A DNA stretch of 63,745 nucleotides, the filler included, from an uncultured Methylococcales bacterium (GTDB lineage Bacteria; Pseudomonadota; Gammaproteobacteria; Methylococcales; G963664935), in the NCBI GenBank assembly GCA_964653275.1. It is 3 parts of 3 records of this genome, joined end to end, with 100 filler letters (N's around TTAATTAATTAA, not from the genome) between each part and the next. Parts side by side here need not be neighbours in the genome. Positions count along the whole stretch, not along the records: positions 22,395 to 44,664 come from CAZZET010000061.1; 2 more parts are not named here. One strand, 5' to 3'. Shown in pieces: positions 31,059 to 43,417 of the stretch. The first letter of the stretch is position 1, and each line of letters begins with the position of its first letter. The notes below the pieces were generated by a model. It was not told the DNA's origin and ran no database searches. It saw only the letters and a program-made list of their open reading frames with translations. Position numbers and translations under genes: made by a program.

Positions 31059-31386
31059 GGGTTGGCCCTAACTGTATAGTGGAAGAAATCCAGTCTATGA
31101 CACCATATTTTCGGTAGTTTCGAAGGCATTGTTATTGGTCGATTAACGTAGCGATTTTTTAATTATTGCATTAGTGCTGCCGACCCCATATAATAGGGGG
31201 ATTTTCTTTAACCCATCTGCTACTGCAAATAGTTTTTGCTAAACAAATTTGCTTGGTACTGTAAGAATGCTAGTTTGGCAAAGTCTGATTGTACCTACAA
31301 TTAAAATCAATTCCTTTGTTATCCTTGCCGAAAGGATATCGTAAGATTTTCCTATATTAGTTCCTGAAACCTTAAAGGATTTTATC

Positions 31387-32595
31387 GTGAGCCAAAATTT
31401 TATTTTTACCTCGGAATCTGTATCTGAGGGGCATCCAGACAAAGTTGCTGATCAGCTTTCTGATGCCGTATTAGACGCTATTTTTTCTCAAGATACCCGC
31501 TCGCGAGTAGCGTGCGAGACTATGGTTAAGACTGGCATGGTCATTTTAGCCGGAGAAATTACCACAAATGCCTGGGTCGACACCGAGGATTTAGTCAGAA
31601 ATGCAGTCAGGGATATCGGTTATGACAATCCGGATATTGGCTTTGACTGGCAAACCTGTGCGGTTATCAACGCCATCGGGAAACAGTCACCGGATATTGC
31701 GATGGGTGTAGATGAATCCGAGGATCATGAACAGGGTGCCGGTGACCAGGGTTTAATGTTCGGATATGCTAGTAATGAGACCGACGTATTGATGCCAGCA
31801 CCGATTACATATGCTCATCGCTTGGTTCACAGGCAGTCTGAAGTAAGGAAAAAGAAAATTCTGTCTTGGCTAAGACCTGACGCCAAAAGTCAAGTAACGT
31901 TCCGGTACGAGAACGATAAACCGGTTGCTATTGATGCTGTTGTTTTGTCTACACAACATTCTGCAGATATAAAAGAAAAGGATCTTCATGAAGCGGTGAT
32001 GGACGAAATTATTTTGCCAATTCTCCCTGAAAAATGGCTGCACGAAAATACCCAGTATTTTATCAATCCTACAGGACAATTTATTGTCGGGGGCCCAGTA
32101 GGTGACTGTGGATTAACGGGGCGCAAAATTATCGTGGATACCTATGGTGGCAAGGCGCGCCATGGGGGTGGTGCTTTCAGCGGAAAGGATCCGTCTAAGG
32201 TTGACCGCTCTGCAGCTTATATGTGTCGTTATGTAGCCAAAAATATTGTAGCAGCAGGTTTGGCCGAACGCTGTGAAATACAGGTGTCCTACGCAATTGG
32301 TGTCGCCGAACCTACCTCAATTAGCATAGAGACTTTTGGGACGGGGAAGGTTGATGAAGATCGGTTAATTAAGATTATTCGAGATCATTTTGATATGCGT
32401 CCAAAAGGGTTAATCGCGATGTTAGATCTGCTGCGGCCAATTTACCAAAAAACAGCCGCCTACGGTCATTTCGGGCGAACCGACGAAAGTTTTACCTGGG
32501 AGCAAACCGATAAGGCTGAGATTCTCAGGGATGCTGCGGGTTTACCCCCCATAAACAACGCTTCTATAAATGAATTTAGCCTTTCGGAGACATAA
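31387..32595 (+). CDS. metK: S-adenosylmethionine synthetase
   Basis: [28 protein letters not shown]. Confidence 0.98.
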   Translation: MSQNFIFTSESVSEGHPDKVADQLSDAVLDAIFSQDTRSRVACETMVKTGMVILAGEITTNAWVDTEDLVRNAVRDIGYDNPDIGFDWQTCAVINAIGKQSPDIAMGVDESEDHEQGAGDQGLMFGYASNETDVLMPAPITYAHRLVHRQSEVRKKKILSWLRPDAKSQVTFRYENDKPVAIDAVVLSTQHSADIKEKDLHEAVMDEIILPILPEKWLHENTQYFINPTGQFIVGGPVGDCGLTGRKIIVDTYGGKARHGGGAFSGKDPSKVDRSAAYMCRYVAKNIVAAGLAERCEIQVSYAIGVAEPTSISIETFGTGKVDEDRLIKIIRDHFDMRPKGLIAMLDLLRPIYQKTAAYGHFGRTDESFTWEQTDKAEILRDAAGLPPINNASINEFSLSET

Positions 32596-32599
32596 CATT

Positions 32600-33913
32600 A
32601 TGACTATACAGCCTGTTACCAATATTACTCCCGACTATAAAATCGCGGATATTTCCCTTGCAGAGTGGGGGCGCAAAGAAATCGCTATCGCGGAAACCGA
32701 AATGCCCGGTTTGATGGCTTTACGGAAAGAATATAAAGGCCAGCAGCCGTTGAGTGGCGCAAGGATCGTAGGGTGTTTGCATATGACTATACAAACTGCG
32801 GTCCTAATCGAAACGCTTATCGATTTGGGGGCTGAAGTCCGTTGGTCGTCGTGCAATATTTTTTCTACCCAGGACCATGCCGCCGCGGCAATGGCAGCGG
32901 TGGGTGTTCCAGTATTCGCATGGAAAGGTGAAACCGAAGAGGAATTCTGGTGGTGTATCGATCAGACTATTTTCGGTCCTAAAGGCTGGCGTCCCAATAT
33001 GATTTTGGATGATGGAGGCGATGTTACCATAGCTATGCATGAAAAATATCCCGAAACGATGGAAGGTGTTCGTGGGCTATCGGAAGAAACTACAACCGGT
33101 GTTCACCGCCTCTATGAAATGGTAGAAAAGGGTTCGTTGAAAACGCCTGCGTTTAATGTCAATGATTCAGTGACAAAATCAAAATTCGATAACCTGTATG
33201 GCTGCCGGGAATCACTCTTAGATGGGATTAAACGGGCAACCGATGTGATGATCGCAGGAAAAATTGCGGTCGTTTGTGGCTATGGTGATGTCGGAAAAGG
33301 TTGTGCACAATCCTTACGGGGACAAGGTGCGACGGTTTGGGTGACTGAAATTGATCCAATCTGTGCATTGCAAGCAGCGATGGAAGGGTATCGGATTGTC
33401 ACAATGGAGCAGGCGGCCCCTGAAGCGAATATTTTCGTTACTGCAACTGGAAATATGAGTGTTATTACCCATGATCACATGGCGGCAATGAAAAATCAGG
33501 CCATTGTCTGCAATATTGGGCACTTTGATTCTGAAATCGATATTGCATCGCTTCGCCAATACGAATGGGAAAACATCAAGCCACAAGTTGACCACGTCAT
33601 CTTTCCTGATGGCAAACGGATTACGATCCTAGCTGAAGGACGTCTGGTTAACCTAGGGTGTGCCACAGGACATCCTAGCTTTGTTATGTCCAATTCGTTT
33701 ACCAATCAAGTCTTAGCTCAAATCGAACTTTGGAACAATTCGGGAAAATATGAAAATAAGGTATATGTTTTGCCAAAAGAACTGGACGAAAAAGTGGCTT
33801 CTTTGCATTTGAGTCAGTTGGGTGTTTCCCTCACTCGTCTATCAGAACAGCAGGCAGCATATCTTGGTCTTTCAACTGATGGGCCCTTTAAACCCGAGCA
33901 TTATCGCTACTAA
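32600..33913 (+). CDS. ahcY: Adenosylhomocysteinase
   Basis: [38 protein letters not shown]. Confidence 0.98.
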   Translation: MTIQPVTNITPDYKIADISLAEWGRKEIAIAETEMPGLMALRKEYKGQQPLSGARIVGCLHMTIQTAVLIETLIDLGAEVRWSSCNIFSTQDHAAAAMAAVGVPVFAWKGETEEEFWWCIDQTIFGPKGWRPNMILDDGGDVTIAMHEKYPETMEGVRGLSEETTTGVHRLYEMVEKGSLKTPAFNVNDSVTKSKFDNLYGCRESLLDGIKRATDVMIAGKIAVVCGYGDVGKGCAQSLRGQGATVWVTEIDPICALQAAMEGYRIVTMEQAAPEANIFVTATGNMSVITHDHMAAMKNQAIVCNIGHFDSEIDIASLRQYEWENIKPQVDHVIFPDGKRITILAEGRLVNLGCATGHPSFVMSNSFTNQVLAQIELWNNSGKYENKVYVLPKELDEKVASLHLSQLGVSLTRLSEQQAAYLGLSTDGPFKPEHYRY

Positions 33914-33922
33914 TACCCAAAG

Positions 33923-34810
33923 ATGGAGTCACAGAAAAAATACCAGCCGGTTTTCAGCTTCGAATTTTTTCCGCCACGTACAGAAGAATCGGAAGCCATG
34001 TTCGACGTGGTTTGTTCGAAGTTGGCCCAGCTTAATCCGGCATTTTTTTCGGTTACCTTTGGCGCGGGCGGCTCGACTCGGGATTTGACGCGCGATACAG
34101 TCGTTAAAATTAAAGAAAAAACGGGGATTGAATCGGTGCCTCACCTGTCGGGAATTGGATCCAGTCAGGATAAAATCCGAGAAATTCTACTCGACTACAA
34201 AACTCTTGGGATTAAAAAAATCGTTGCATTGCGTGGTGATCTGCCATCAGGTACATATGCACCGGGGGCTTTCCGATACGCCAACGAATTAGTGGAGTTT
34301 ATCCGTGCTGAAACCGGCGGTGATTTCGAAATCGAGGTGGCCTGTTACCCGGAAGTCCATCCCCAAGCAATCAACCTACAGGCAGATATTGATCATTTCA
34401 AGCGTAAAGTAGATGCTGGAGCGAATGGTGCTATTACACAGTATTTTTATAATGCTGAATCCTACTTTCATTTCGTCGATTTATGTGAAAAGAAAGGCTT
34501 TGACATTCCAATTGTCCCTGGCGTTATGCCCATCGGCAATTATTTCCAGCTTTCGCGCTTTTCCGAAGCGTGTGGTGCTGAAATTCCACGATGGGTCAGG
34601 AAGCAATTGGAATATTATGGTGATGACCGATCATCGATTCAGGCCTTTGGCTTGGAATTCGTCACAGCATTATGCGAACGACTGTTAGAAAATGGTGTTC
34701 CTGGATTGCATTTTTATACCATGAATCAAGCGAGATTGGTTACTGCTATATGGGACAACCTCAATATACAAAGCGTCAATAATCTCGTGGTTGTCGATTC
34801 GTCTAAGTGA
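33923..34810 (+). CDS. metF: Methylenetetrahydrofolate reductase
   Basis: FSFEFFPP, SVTFGAGG, ALRGD, ITQYF, LHFYT. Confidence 0.97.
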   Translation: MESQKKYQPVFSFEFFPPRTEESEAMFDVVCSKLAQLNPAFFSVTFGAGGSTRDLTRDTVVKIKEKTGIESVPHLSGIGSSQDKIREILLDYKTLGIKKIVALRGDLPSGTYAPGAFRYANELVEFIRAETGGDFEIEVACYPEVHPQAINLQADIDHFKRKVDAGANGAITQYFYNAESYFHFVDLCEKKGFDIPIVPGVMPIGNYFQLSRFSEACGAEIPRWVRKQLEYYGDDRSSIQAFGLEFVTALCERLLENGVPGLHFYTMNQARLVTAIWDNLNIQSVNNLVVVDSSK

Positions 34811-34893
34811 ATCATATGAGGAAGATGCAAGGGAACTTTGGGTGCTGTGGTAATTTTGGAATCAAAGGACCGATTGTGTCCTCTTGATGTTTT

Positions 34894-35634
34894 GTGCGAA
34901 GTACTCGGTTATATCTGCCGCAACCTTTAAAAACTGGTACTACGATTAGCCTTGATTCTGCTGTCGTACACTATGTCCGTAATGTATTACGGTTGAAACA
35001 ATATGCGCCTTTGGTTGTATTCAACGGAAAGGGAGGCGAATTTTCCGCGAAAATTCAAAATCTAACCCGTAAATCAGCCGTTATCTCGATTGCAGAGTGG
35101 ATCGACCGCGAAATCGAATCGCCGATTAAAATAGATCTTGGATTAGGCATCTCTCGTGGTGAGCGTATGAATTTTGCCTTGCAGAAAGCTGTCGAGCTCG
35201 GTGTAAACCGGATTTGCCCTATTATCAGTACACGGACAGTGGTTCAGCTTAAGGGCGAACGTAAAAAGATTAAACACATACACTGGGAAAAAATTGTGCA
35301 TAATTCGGGAGAGCAATGTGGGCGAAATTATTTGCCCATAGTCGCTAGTCCAGAGCAGCTATGTGATTGGATACTAAATAAAAACGGGTTGAAATTATTT
35401 TTTGATCCCGATTCTGACAAAACACTTCAAGATTTCGACCGGCCCCAAAGGCATATCTTTATACTATCCGGCCCGGAAGGAGGTTTTACTGATATGGAAC
35501 AAAGTCAAGCCAAAGCCGCTGGATTTCTCGCAATTCGGTTGGGTCCGCGCATCCTCAGGGCAGAAACTGCCGTCCTTGCTGCCGTTGCAGCGATCCAAAC
35601 TTTGTGGGGGGACTTGGGAGGTTGTCCGGAATGA
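34894..35634 (+). CDS. rsmE: 16S rRNA m3U1498 methyltransferase
   Basis: HYVRNVLRL, QKAVELGV, EQCGR, GPEGG, LGPRILRAETA. Confidence 0.96.
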   Translation: MRSTRLYLPQPLKTGTTISLDSAVVHYVRNVLRLKQYAPLVVFNGKGGEFSAKIQNLTRKSAVISIAEWIDREIESPIKIDLGLGISRGERMNFALQKAVELGVNRICPIISTRTVVQLKGERKKIKHIHWEKIVHNSGEQCGRNYLPIVASPEQLCDWILNKNGLKLFFDPDSDKTLQDFDRPQRHIFILSGPEGGFTDMEQSQAKAAGFLAIRLGPRILRAETAVLAAVAAIQTLWGDLGGCPE

Positions 35635-35987
35635 GATTGATGGTGTTGTGTAATCTGAAAGATAGACGTTCTCAGTCTGGTTAAAGCCATATCTTTACCT
35701 CCTTCCCGTATTGGGGCTCAGTGAAACCAATAAAGCCGTTCTATAGGGAGTATAGAGACGACGATAGAATCACTTCACGCTCAAATTAATTGCTCGAAAC
35801 CCCGACGAATAGGGCTTTGTTTTCATGAGAACCGCAAACACAAGAGTAGGGGAAAGAGGTATGCTTTTGGCCTTAAAATAATCCACCGAATTCTAATCGA
35901 AACCAACACAGTGGCTACTCGAGTTAATACCTTATTTCGACGGTTTATGCTCCTGGTATATTCAGAAATGAGGAAATCCGACACACC

Positions 35988-37715
35988 TCAAACCGAAATG
36001 AGATAAGCCAAAATCAAAATGATTAAGAACTGAATGGCACCGAGACTTTTCCAGAATAAAAGTGGATTGCGCTGTATTAGAGGTGTTGTTGTTTTAGCGC
36101 TACCGATAAACCGAGGATTGGGGTGTTTTAAGTCGTAGACGAATTCAGATAGAACGTTGTATCTTTGATTAGGGTTAATAGATAACGCTTTTTTTAGAGC
36201 TTCGTCCATCCAAGCAGGGACCATGGGATTGTGTTCCATGCTTGCGACGTATTGGAGCCGCCCCAATTTGATACGACTGGTTTTTTCTGGCATGTCTTTT
36301 CCAAATGGCAATGCGCCATTGAGCATTTCATAAGTAATAACTGCGAGCGAAAAAAGATCGGAACGCAAATCACCGCGTTGCCCTAAAAGGTATTCGGGTG
36401 CGGTATAGTTAAGAGTGCCAAGCACCGGGTCATTGGAAGCAGGTTTTTTCGTTTCTGCGATACCAGCAATTTTGACCGATCCAAAATCAATTATTTTTAC
36501 AACGCCCGATTCGTCGATAATAATGTTTTCCGGTTTCAGATCTTGGTGTAGCATTTCTAGTCGGTGAAACGCCCCTAATCCATTGGAAATTTGTTCGATG
36601 ATCGCATATACGGTCTTGATTTCCGGTTTCGGATTACCATCCATCCATTGCCGTAAAGTAGGTCCCCCGATGTACTCTGTTACATAGTAAATACATCGTT
36701 TCGGCCGGTCATTACCCAATACTTTAAGTATATTGTTATGACTTAATCTTTTGCCGGCCCACTCTTCGTGCAGAAAATGCTCGATAAATACCGGGTCATC
36801 TTCGTAGTTAATCGAAGGCGTTTTCAGAATAACATTCCGCTCAGTTTTAGCATCAAAAGCTCTATAAACCTGGGTTCGTTTACTGGCATGAATTTCCTCT
36901 TGCACATGATACCCGTCAAGAATCATGCCGGGTTCGAGAGGTGGTGGAAATGGGCGGTTAGTGTTCAAACGACTAATTTCATCGGAGCTTGCCATCGGTA
37001 ATGAATCAATCTGAACAATTTGGCAGGTGACATTATCGTTGCTTTCACTTTGCATGGCTTTTGCCACCATCATTTCAGAAGCCCTTTGCAAATCCCCACT
37101 ATTTTCATCAATGATTTGTTTTATGTCGCGGTCTTGAATGAAATCGTGGACCCCATCAGTGGATAGAATAAAAATATCTCCCGGCTCCAATGTAAACGAG
37201 CGATAGTCCACATTGAGGTTGGGTTCTATACCCATAGCACGATTGAGATAGCTTTTCCCGTCACCAACCCAAATCCGGTGGTCTCGTGTTAAAAGTTCCA
37301 GATTCTTATTTCTAAATCGATAGATCCGGCTGTCACCAATATGGAAAATATGTGCGGTGTGTGATTTAGCAATCAGAATACTTAAAGTACAAACCATTCC
37401 TTTGGCTGATTGGTATTTTGAATGGCCAGTACTATATAGCCAGCTATTTGTCGCGGACAGTATTTTTTGCACGGAATACTTTACCGACCAGGAATCTGGG
37501 GTACAAAAGTAATCGTCAAGAAAACCGGCGATACTTGCCTGGCTTGCCTCCTTTCCAGCGTCACTTCCACTCATGCCATCGGCAATAGCTATCGCGACTC
37601 CTTTATAGCTTAATTGAGGCTCCTTGGGACAGACATAGCCATGGAAATCCTGGTTGTCTTTTTTGAGGCCTTTGTCAGAGCACTGTCCAACGGAGATTTC
37701 AAGTTTTGGGGGCAT
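35988..37715 (-). CDS. Bifunctional PP2C phosphatase / Ser-Thr kinase with a C-terminal TM anchor
   Basis: IADGM, HIGDSR, STDG, DNVT (PP2C); HQDLKPEN, IIDFG, YTAPE (kinase). Confidence 0.92.
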   Translation of the reverse strand: MPPKLEISVGQCSDKGLKKDNQDFHGYVCPKEPQLSYKGVAIAIADGMSGSDAGKEASQASIAGFLDDYFCTPDSWSVKYSVQKILSATNSWLYSTGHSKYQSAKGMVCTLSILIAKSHTAHIFHIGDSRIYRFRNKNLELLTRDHRIWVGDGKSYLNRAMGIEPNLNVDYRSFTLEPGDIFILSTDGVHDFIQDRDIKQIIDENSGDLQRASEMMVAKAMQSESNDNVTCQIVQIDSLPMASSDEISRLNTNRPFPPPLEPGMILDGYHVQEEIHASKRTQVYRAFDAKTERNVILKTPSINYEDDPVFIEHFLHEEWAGKRLSHNNILKVLGNDRPKRCIYYVTEYIGGPTLRQWMDGNPKPEIKTVYAIIEQISNGLGAFHRLEMLHQDLKPENIIIDESGVVKIIDFGSVKIAGIAETKKPASNDPVLGTLNYTAPEYLLGQRGDLRSDLFSLAVITYEMLNGALPFGKDMPEKTSRIKLGRLQYVASMEHNPMVPAWMDEALKKALSINPNQRYNVLSEFVYDLKHPNPRFIGSAKTTTPLIQRNPLLFWKSLGAIQFLIILILAYLISV

Positions 37716-37791
37716 AGGCTATTTGTAAAAACGATTGTCCAGCCTACTCAATATCTATTTTCGTGTTTCTAATCTGAACAATCCTAAGCAA

Positions 37792-38505
37792 TTACCCCAG
37801 CCCACGACTAATCTCATTTTGCATTGAACTTACCACCTCGATTGGGTCTACGGCATCACGAATCGGACGGCCTACAACGACATGATCTGCACCTTGTATG
37901 ATCGCATCTTGAGCTGTTGTAATCCGCCGCTGGTCATCTTCCTCTACTTCATCGTTTTTGCCTGGCCTAATTCCAGGCGTAACAATTAAGAATTTTTCTC
38001 CCAGATTATTTCTGAGATCATTCGCTTCTATACCAGATGAAACGACACCATCACAACCTGCAGTTAATGCTTTTTTTGCTCGGATAAGCACTAGATCTTT
38101 GACCGTTTTAGTACAACCCATTTCAATCATATCCGATTCATCAAAGCTTGTTAATACCGTTACTGCGAGGATTTTTAATTCGTTTTTTTCTTCTACTGCT
38201 GCTTGTATTATCGCGCCATTGCCGTGGACAGTTGCAAAGGTAACCCCTTTATTTCGTAATTGCTTTACCGCCAATTTTACTGTTTCAGGCACGTCGAAGA
38301 ATTTTAAATCAACCATCACTTTATGACCTCGTGCAGTGATCATATCAACAACGGGGAACCCTCCCGCCAAAAACAATTGGAGTCCAACTTTGAAAAATTT
38401 AATCTGCTCCCCTAACCGATCTACCCACTGTTCTGCTGCCCCATACGTATCTACATCCAGAGCAAAAATAATACGTTCGTTCAGTGGAATGTCTTTTTTT
38501 TTCAT
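37792..38505 (-). CDS. pyrF: Orotidine-5'-phosphate decarboxylase
   Basis: IFALD, KVG, DLKFFDVPETV, VTPGIR, VVGRPI. Confidence 0.96.
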   Translation of the reverse strand: MKKKDIPLNERIIFALDVDTYGAAEQWVDRLGEQIKFFKVGLQLFLAGGFPVVDMITARGHKVMVDLKFFDVPETVKLAVKQLRNKGVTFATVHGNGAIIQAAVEEKNELKILAVTVLTSFDESDMIEMGCTKTVKDLVLIRAKKALTAGCDGVVSSGIEANDLRNNLGEKFLIVTPGIRPGKNDEVEEDDQRRITTAQDAIIQGADHVVVGRPIRDAVDPIEVVSSMQNEISRGLG

Positions 38506-38510
38506 TTACG

Positions 38511-39671
38511 TTATTTATTCCGACAAAATTGATTTACTAAATGCCGTACAACCTCAACTGTTGGGAGGATTTGATCCATCGGCAAATATTCATCTGCTTG
38601 GTGAGCTTGGTTGATGGAGCCCGGCCCCATTATCACTGTTTCCATTCCGAGTTGTGAAAAATAAGGTGCTTCGGTTCCAAATGCAACTGACCCAGACGCT
38701 TTTCCTGTTAGCCTTTCACACATTGTGACAAGGGTAGAAGATTCGGGAATTTCGAATGCCGGTACACCCGAGGATAATGATTCGATTTCGACAGAAAGTT
38801 TTGGATGAAATTTTAATATCGTCTCAATTCGTTCTTTGAGAGAACAACGTAATTCTTCCAAATCCATACCCGGAAGAGGCCGGATATCGATTTGAGTTTC
38901 ACAGTGAGGACAAATTCGGTTGGGATTATCTCCACCACGAATTGATCCGAGATTCAATGTAGGCATTCCAACTTTGAAGTTTGGGTTATGGTATTTTTGC
39001 TGGAGTTCCTGTCGCCATGTGAGTAACTCGCTCAAAACCGAGTGCATTCCTTCGATTGCATTTGCGCCTAGAGTTGGGTCGCTAGAATGTCCAGCTTTGC
39101 CATTGATAACGATCGATTCCATCATAACCCCCTTATGCATGCGAATTGGTTGCAGGTCGGTGGGTTCTCCAATGACCGCATACCGTCCTAGTTTAAGACC
39201 TTTTTCCACAAGCAATTTTGCACCAGCCATTGTACTTTCTTCATCAGCTGTTGCTATTACAGTAATAGGTTCCCTGAGCTCTTTTTTCGAGTAGCAGCTT
39301 ACCGCATCTAGAACTAGAGCGAAAAACGACTTCATATCGGTTGTCCCCAAACCATAATACCGATTGTTATATTCGGTAACATCGAACGGGTCCACTGTCC
39401 ATAGGGATTCATCGAAAGGTACGGTGTCAGTATGACCTGAAAGTACTAACCCGTTGCAGCTTTCTGGGTCTCCTAGCGTGGCTATTAGATTGGATTTTTG
39501 TTCCGATACAGGGTAAAGACTCACTTTAAAACCCAAGGCTTCTGCCCATTCTGCAAGAATGTGGATGACACCCAAATTACTTTGGTCATACCGTGGGTCC
39601 ACGCTACTGATGGAAGAGCACCCGACCAACGTACGAATCATCGACAAAATGTCGGGTATACGTTTTTCCAT
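38511..39671 (-). CDS. argE: Acetylornithine deacetylase
   Basis: SGHTDTVP, DMK, ADEE, GEPT, FGTEAP, AHQADE. Confidence 0.93.
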   Translation of the reverse strand: MEKRIPDILSMIRTLVGCSSISSVDPRYDQSNLGVIHILAEWAEALGFKVSLYPVSEQKSNLIATLGDPESCNGLVLSGHTDTVPFDESLWTVDPFDVTEYNNRYYGLGTTDMKSFFALVLDAVSCYSKKELREPITVIATADEESTMAGAKLLVEKGLKLGRYAVIGEPTDLQPIRMHKGVMMESIVINGKAGHSSDPTLGANAIEGMHSVLSELLTWRQELQQKYHNPNFKVGMPTLNLGSIRGGDNPNRICPHCETQIDIRPLPGMDLEELRCSLKERIETILKFHPKLSVEIESLSSGVPAFEIPESSTLVTMCERLTGKASGSVAFGTEAPYFSQLGMETVIMGPGSINQAHQADEYLPMDQILPTVEVVRHLVNQFCRNK

Positions 39672-39688
39672 GGTTTGCACGGATGAAA

Positions 39689-41377
39689 TTAGTCTGTTAC
39701 CGCGCCTTCAGATGCTGACCGTACCAATTTGGCGTATTTTGCCAAGACACCACGAGTGTAACGAGGGATAGGTTGTTTCCACGATGCCTGTCTATTGTCC
39801 CAGTCCTGCTCAGATATATCCAATGTCAAAACCTGATTTTCCGCATCGATGGTAATCGAATCACCATCTTCCACTATAGCCAAAGGGCCGCCTAAGTGGG
39901 CTTCTGGGGTAATATGGCCGACTACGAAGCCGTGAGTGCCACCCGAAAAACGGCCATCGGTAATCAACGCTACATCGAGTCCCAATCCTTTTCCCATTAC
40001 CGCCGAAGTGGGTGATAGCATCTCCCGCATACCAGGTCCCCCCTTGGGTCCTTCGTACCGTATTACAATAACATCACCTTTTTGGATATCGTCGTTCAGG
40101 ATGCTCGTTAAGGCATCTTCTTCGCAATTGAATACTTTGGCGTTACCAATGAAACACAAACCTTCTTTACCAGTGATTTTGGCTACAGCTCCTTCGGGTG
40201 CGAGGTTTCCCTGGAGAATGACTAAATGACTATCTTTTTTTATCGGATTATCGAATGGCCGTATTATCTCCTGATCTTGGGGGTACGGTGCGACATTCGC
40301 CAAGTTTTCAGCCAACGTTTTGCCTGTGACCGTTAGGCAGTCCCCATGCAGGAGTCCGCGATCAAGCAGTATTTTCATCAGCGGTTGAATCCCACCAATA
40401 TCTATAAGTTCTGCCATGGCATAGTGGCCACTGGGTTTCAAATCAGCTAGCATAGGTACGTGTTTACCCACCCGGGTAAAATCATCAAGCTGAAGGTCAA
40501 CACCACTAGAATCGGCCATGGCCAACAAATGCAGTACAGCGTTGGTCGATCCTCCCAGCGTAATGACCACAGTGATGGCGTTCTCAAATGCTTTTTTAGT
40601 CATGATATCTAGGGGTTTGATATCCAGCTCAAGCAGCTTTAGTACGGAGATTCCTGCCTGTTCGCAGTCGAGTTTTTTGTCTTTGGAAATAGCTGCCTGT
40701 GCAGAGCTATTGGGCAAGCTCATACCCAAAGCTTCAATAGCCGAAGCCATGGTATTTGCTGTATACATTCCTCCACAAGAACCTGCGCCGGGAATAGCTT
40801 TAGATTCAATAGCCTTGAGTTCGGCATCGTCTATTAGTCCATTAGCCCGTGCACCTACAGCTTCAAATACGGAGACCACATCCAACGTTTTCTCTTTATA
40901 GCATCCCGGTAGGATAGTACCTCCGTAGACAAAAATGGCAGGCCGATTAAGTCGGGCAAGCGCCATTAGGCATCCAGGCATATTCTTATCGCAGCCGCCA
41001 ATGGCTACAACGCCATCGAATCCTTGGCAACCGACGACGGTTTCGATGGAATCCGCGATCACTTCTCGGGAAACCAACGAATATTTCATACCTTCCGTAC
41101 CCATGGAAATTCCATCGGAAATGGTAATGGTATTGAAAATAACGCTTTTTCCACCGGCTTTATCCACGCCAGATCCGGCGTCTTCCGCTAACCGATTAAT
41201 ATGCATATTACAGGGTGTAACCATGCTCCAAGTCGAAGCAATTCCTATCTGAGGTTTGGTAAAATCTTTGTCCTCAAATCCAACTGCATGCAACATCGCC
41301 CGGCTGGGCGCACGTTCCATACCATCCACGACTTTAGAAGAAAAACCGCGAAGGTTCTTTTTGCCGGCATTGGTCAT
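39689..41377 (-). CDS. ilvD: Dihydroxy-acid dehydratase
   Basis: [32 protein letters not shown]; start taken at MTNAG. Confidence 0.97.
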   Translation of the reverse strand: MTNAGKKNLRGFSSKVVDGMERAPSRAMLHAVGFEDKDFTKPQIGIASTWSMVTPCNMHINRLAEDAGSGVDKAGGKSVIFNTITISDGISMGTEGMKYSLVSREVIADSIETVVGCQGFDGVVAIGGCDKNMPGCLMALARLNRPAIFVYGGTILPGCYKEKTLDVVSVFEAVGARANGLIDDAELKAIESKAIPGAGSCGGMYTANTMASAIEALGMSLPNSSAQAAISKDKKLDCEQAGISVLKLLELDIKPLDIMTKKAFENAITVVITLGGSTNAVLHLLAMADSSGVDLQLDDFTRVGKHVPMLADLKPSGHYAMAELIDIGGIQPLMKILLDRGLLHGDCLTVTGKTLAENLANVAPYPQDQEIIRPFDNPIKKDSHLVILQGNLAPEGAVAKITGKEGLCFIGNAKVFNCEEDALTSILNDDIQKGDVIVIRYEGPKGGPGMREMLSPTSAVMGKGLGLDVALITDGRFSGGTHGFVVGHITPEAHLGGPLAIVEDGDSITIDAENQVLTLDISEQDWDNRQASWKQPIPRYTRGVLAKYAKLVRSASEGAVTD

Positions 41378-41406
41378 GTGGGTGGCTCCAAATAAACTAT
41401 AAAATC

Positions 41407-42075
41407 TTAGAATGAATCCCAACTGCTGGTTTTCCTCCGCCAGCTTATTTGGGGAAGAATGAGTCCTAGAACAATACCCGCTAACAAAACTCCGGCTCCA
41501 ATCATAAACCAATCCTGCTCCGTACTGTCTTCCAACGCTTGCTTATCCCTCTTTATTTTTTGTAGCTCGCGTTCAAGGGTAATTACCCGTTCTTGAAACT
41601 GATCACGTTGTTTTTGGATCTGGAGAGCATTGCCTGCTGTTTTCCGGATGTCACTGAGTTCGCTTTGGAGCTGTTGGGATTGAGTGCTCAAGTTTTTATT
41701 ATTTGATGTTGTCGAAGCGTGTTCAGCCTTCAAGGTTTTGAGCTGTTCCTTGATAGAAATGTTTTCCTTCCCGATTCGTTGAAGCTTTTTTCGGGCTGAT
41801 TTGAGCAACCACTGCGCAACCGGCCGATCAGTTAAATATCTACTGAGAATCCATCCTTCTTCCCCATCTTTTAAGCGCACCTTGGTATAGCCCGACTCTG
41901 GGCTTTTTTCTAGCAATGTTAAAACGGTTCCGGTGGCAACACGATCAATAATCTTGAATTTTGTGCCCTCGCCACTTCTAACCATCACTTGGATTTGGTC
42001 AGTAACATAAATTGGAGTTTCGGCTTTAGCCATTAATGCAACGAAAAAAAGGAACAATGGTAAGAAATTTTTCAC
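41407..42075 (-). CDS. ygiM: SH3 domain protein (YgiM/TIGR04211 family)
   Basis: Signal peptide, SH3b ([17 protein letters not shown]), coiled coil, C-terminal TM. Confidence 0.88.
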   Translation of the reverse strand: MKNFLPLFLFFVALMAKAETPIYVTDQIQVMVRSGEGTKFKIIDRVATGTVLTLLEKSPESGYTKVRLKDGEEGWILSRYLTDRPVAQWLLKSARKKLQRIGKENISIKEQLKTLKAEHASTTSNNKNLSTQSQQLQSELSDIRKTAGNALQIQKQRDQFQERVITLERELQKIKRDKQALEDSTEQDWFMIGAGVLLAGIVLGLILPQISWRRKTSSWDSF

Positions 42076-42487
42076 GGGGTCTCCTAATTTATCTTTCAGT
42101 TTTTGGCCGCAGTGCCGAGTATTTTATCAAAAGTGAATTTACTAATAGCACATCAAACTTTTAAAAACCAGATATTCGAATACCTAGCAAGATTTAAGTG
42201 ATGTGCAAAATTCAAACAACTAGTATCTTAAATCTAAAACAACCGATAGCATAGGTTGGTTTCATTTGCCAATTACTGCGGTGCAAGTACCTGACAGAAT
42301 CCAACTGTGACTGCGAATGTGCGTTTTGCTCTCGACAGTTTATTTTAACGCTATCTTATAAGTAATTTAATACTTAAGGTGCGAGTGTCTGAATCCAGGT
42401 TAACTTGACGAGTTTGGAGCCACACAAAAACATCAATTCGAGATGCAGGCCAAAAAGAATGGCAGATCCTACTCGAGGATTGCGTTA

Positions 42488-43399
42488 CTACATTGGCTTT
42501 TGTGCGCCCAATAGAAATTCAAGCAAAGCTTTCTGAGCATGTAAACGATTTTCCGCCTCGTCCCAGATCACACTCTGAGGGCCTTCCATAACCGCCGAAG
42601 TGACTTCTTCTCCTCTATGCGCTGGGAGACAATGCATAAATAAAGCCTCGTTACTTGCCAAACTCATCAGGTTTTTATTGACCTGATAATCCTTAAATGC
42701 AATAGTCCGGCTTGCTTGCTCACCTTCCTGTCCCATACTTGCCCAAACGTCGGTGGCGACAAGGTGTGCGTCCTTTACCGCTTCCTCAGGACTGCTGGCA
42801 ATTTTGATGCGATCCCCTCCCTCTGCAACAATACTAGCCTTGGGTCGATAATTTTTTGGAGTGGCAATGTGAAGGTCGAAATCCAATAACTTAGCAGCGT
42901 TAATATAAGAATGACACATATTGTTTCCATCTCCTATCCATGCAATTTTTTTATTTTTAATATTTCCACGCGACTCAAAAAAGGTTTGCATATCGGCTAG
43001 TAATTGACACGGGTGAAAAAGATCGGTTAGGCCGTTGATCACCGGTACCTTTGAATATTTGGCAAATTTGACCACTGTCTCATGTTTGTCTGTCCGCAAC
43101 ATTATGCCGTCAACCATCGATGACATGACCCGAGCACTATCTTCAATGGGTTCTCCGCGGCCAATCTGAGTATCTCGGGGTGGAAGAAAAATTGCACTAC
43201 CACCGAACTGAGCCATACCAGTCTCAAATGAAATCCGTGTTCGTGTGGATGATTTTTCAAATAGCATTGCCAGTACTTTGTTTTTTAGTAAGTCGGGGGC
43301 ACAACCAGGGTTTTTTTTCAAGGTCATCCCCCTGTGTATTAAAGCACGAAACTGTTCGCCGCTCAGATCCAGTAGGGTAATAAAATGCTTAGGGACCAT
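42488..43399 (-). CDS. argF: Ornithine carbamoyltransferase
   Basis: SSTRTR, HPCQ, DVWASMG, HCLP. Confidence 0.97.
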   Translation of the reverse strand: MVPKHFITLLDLSGEQFRALIHRGMTLKKNPGCAPDLLKNKVLAMLFEKSSTRTRISFETGMAQFGGSAIFLPPRDTQIGRGEPIEDSARVMSSMVDGIMLRTDKHETVVKFAKYSKVPVINGLTDLFHPCQLLADMQTFFESRGNIKNKKIAWIGDGNNMCHSYINAAKLLDFDLHIATPKNYRPKASIVAEGGDRIKIASSPEEAVKDAHLVATDVWASMGQEGEQASRTIAFKDYQVNKNLMSLASNEALFMHCLPAHRGEEVTSAVMEGPQSVIWDEAENRLHAQKALLEFLLGAQKPM

Positions 43400-43417
43400 C
43401 GTCTAAAAATTAGCGTG

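Noticed and set aside
31059..31386. SAM/SAH riboswitch or SahR box upstream of metK
   Set aside because: I could not find the conserved aptamer motifs or a correctly spaced operator by eye.
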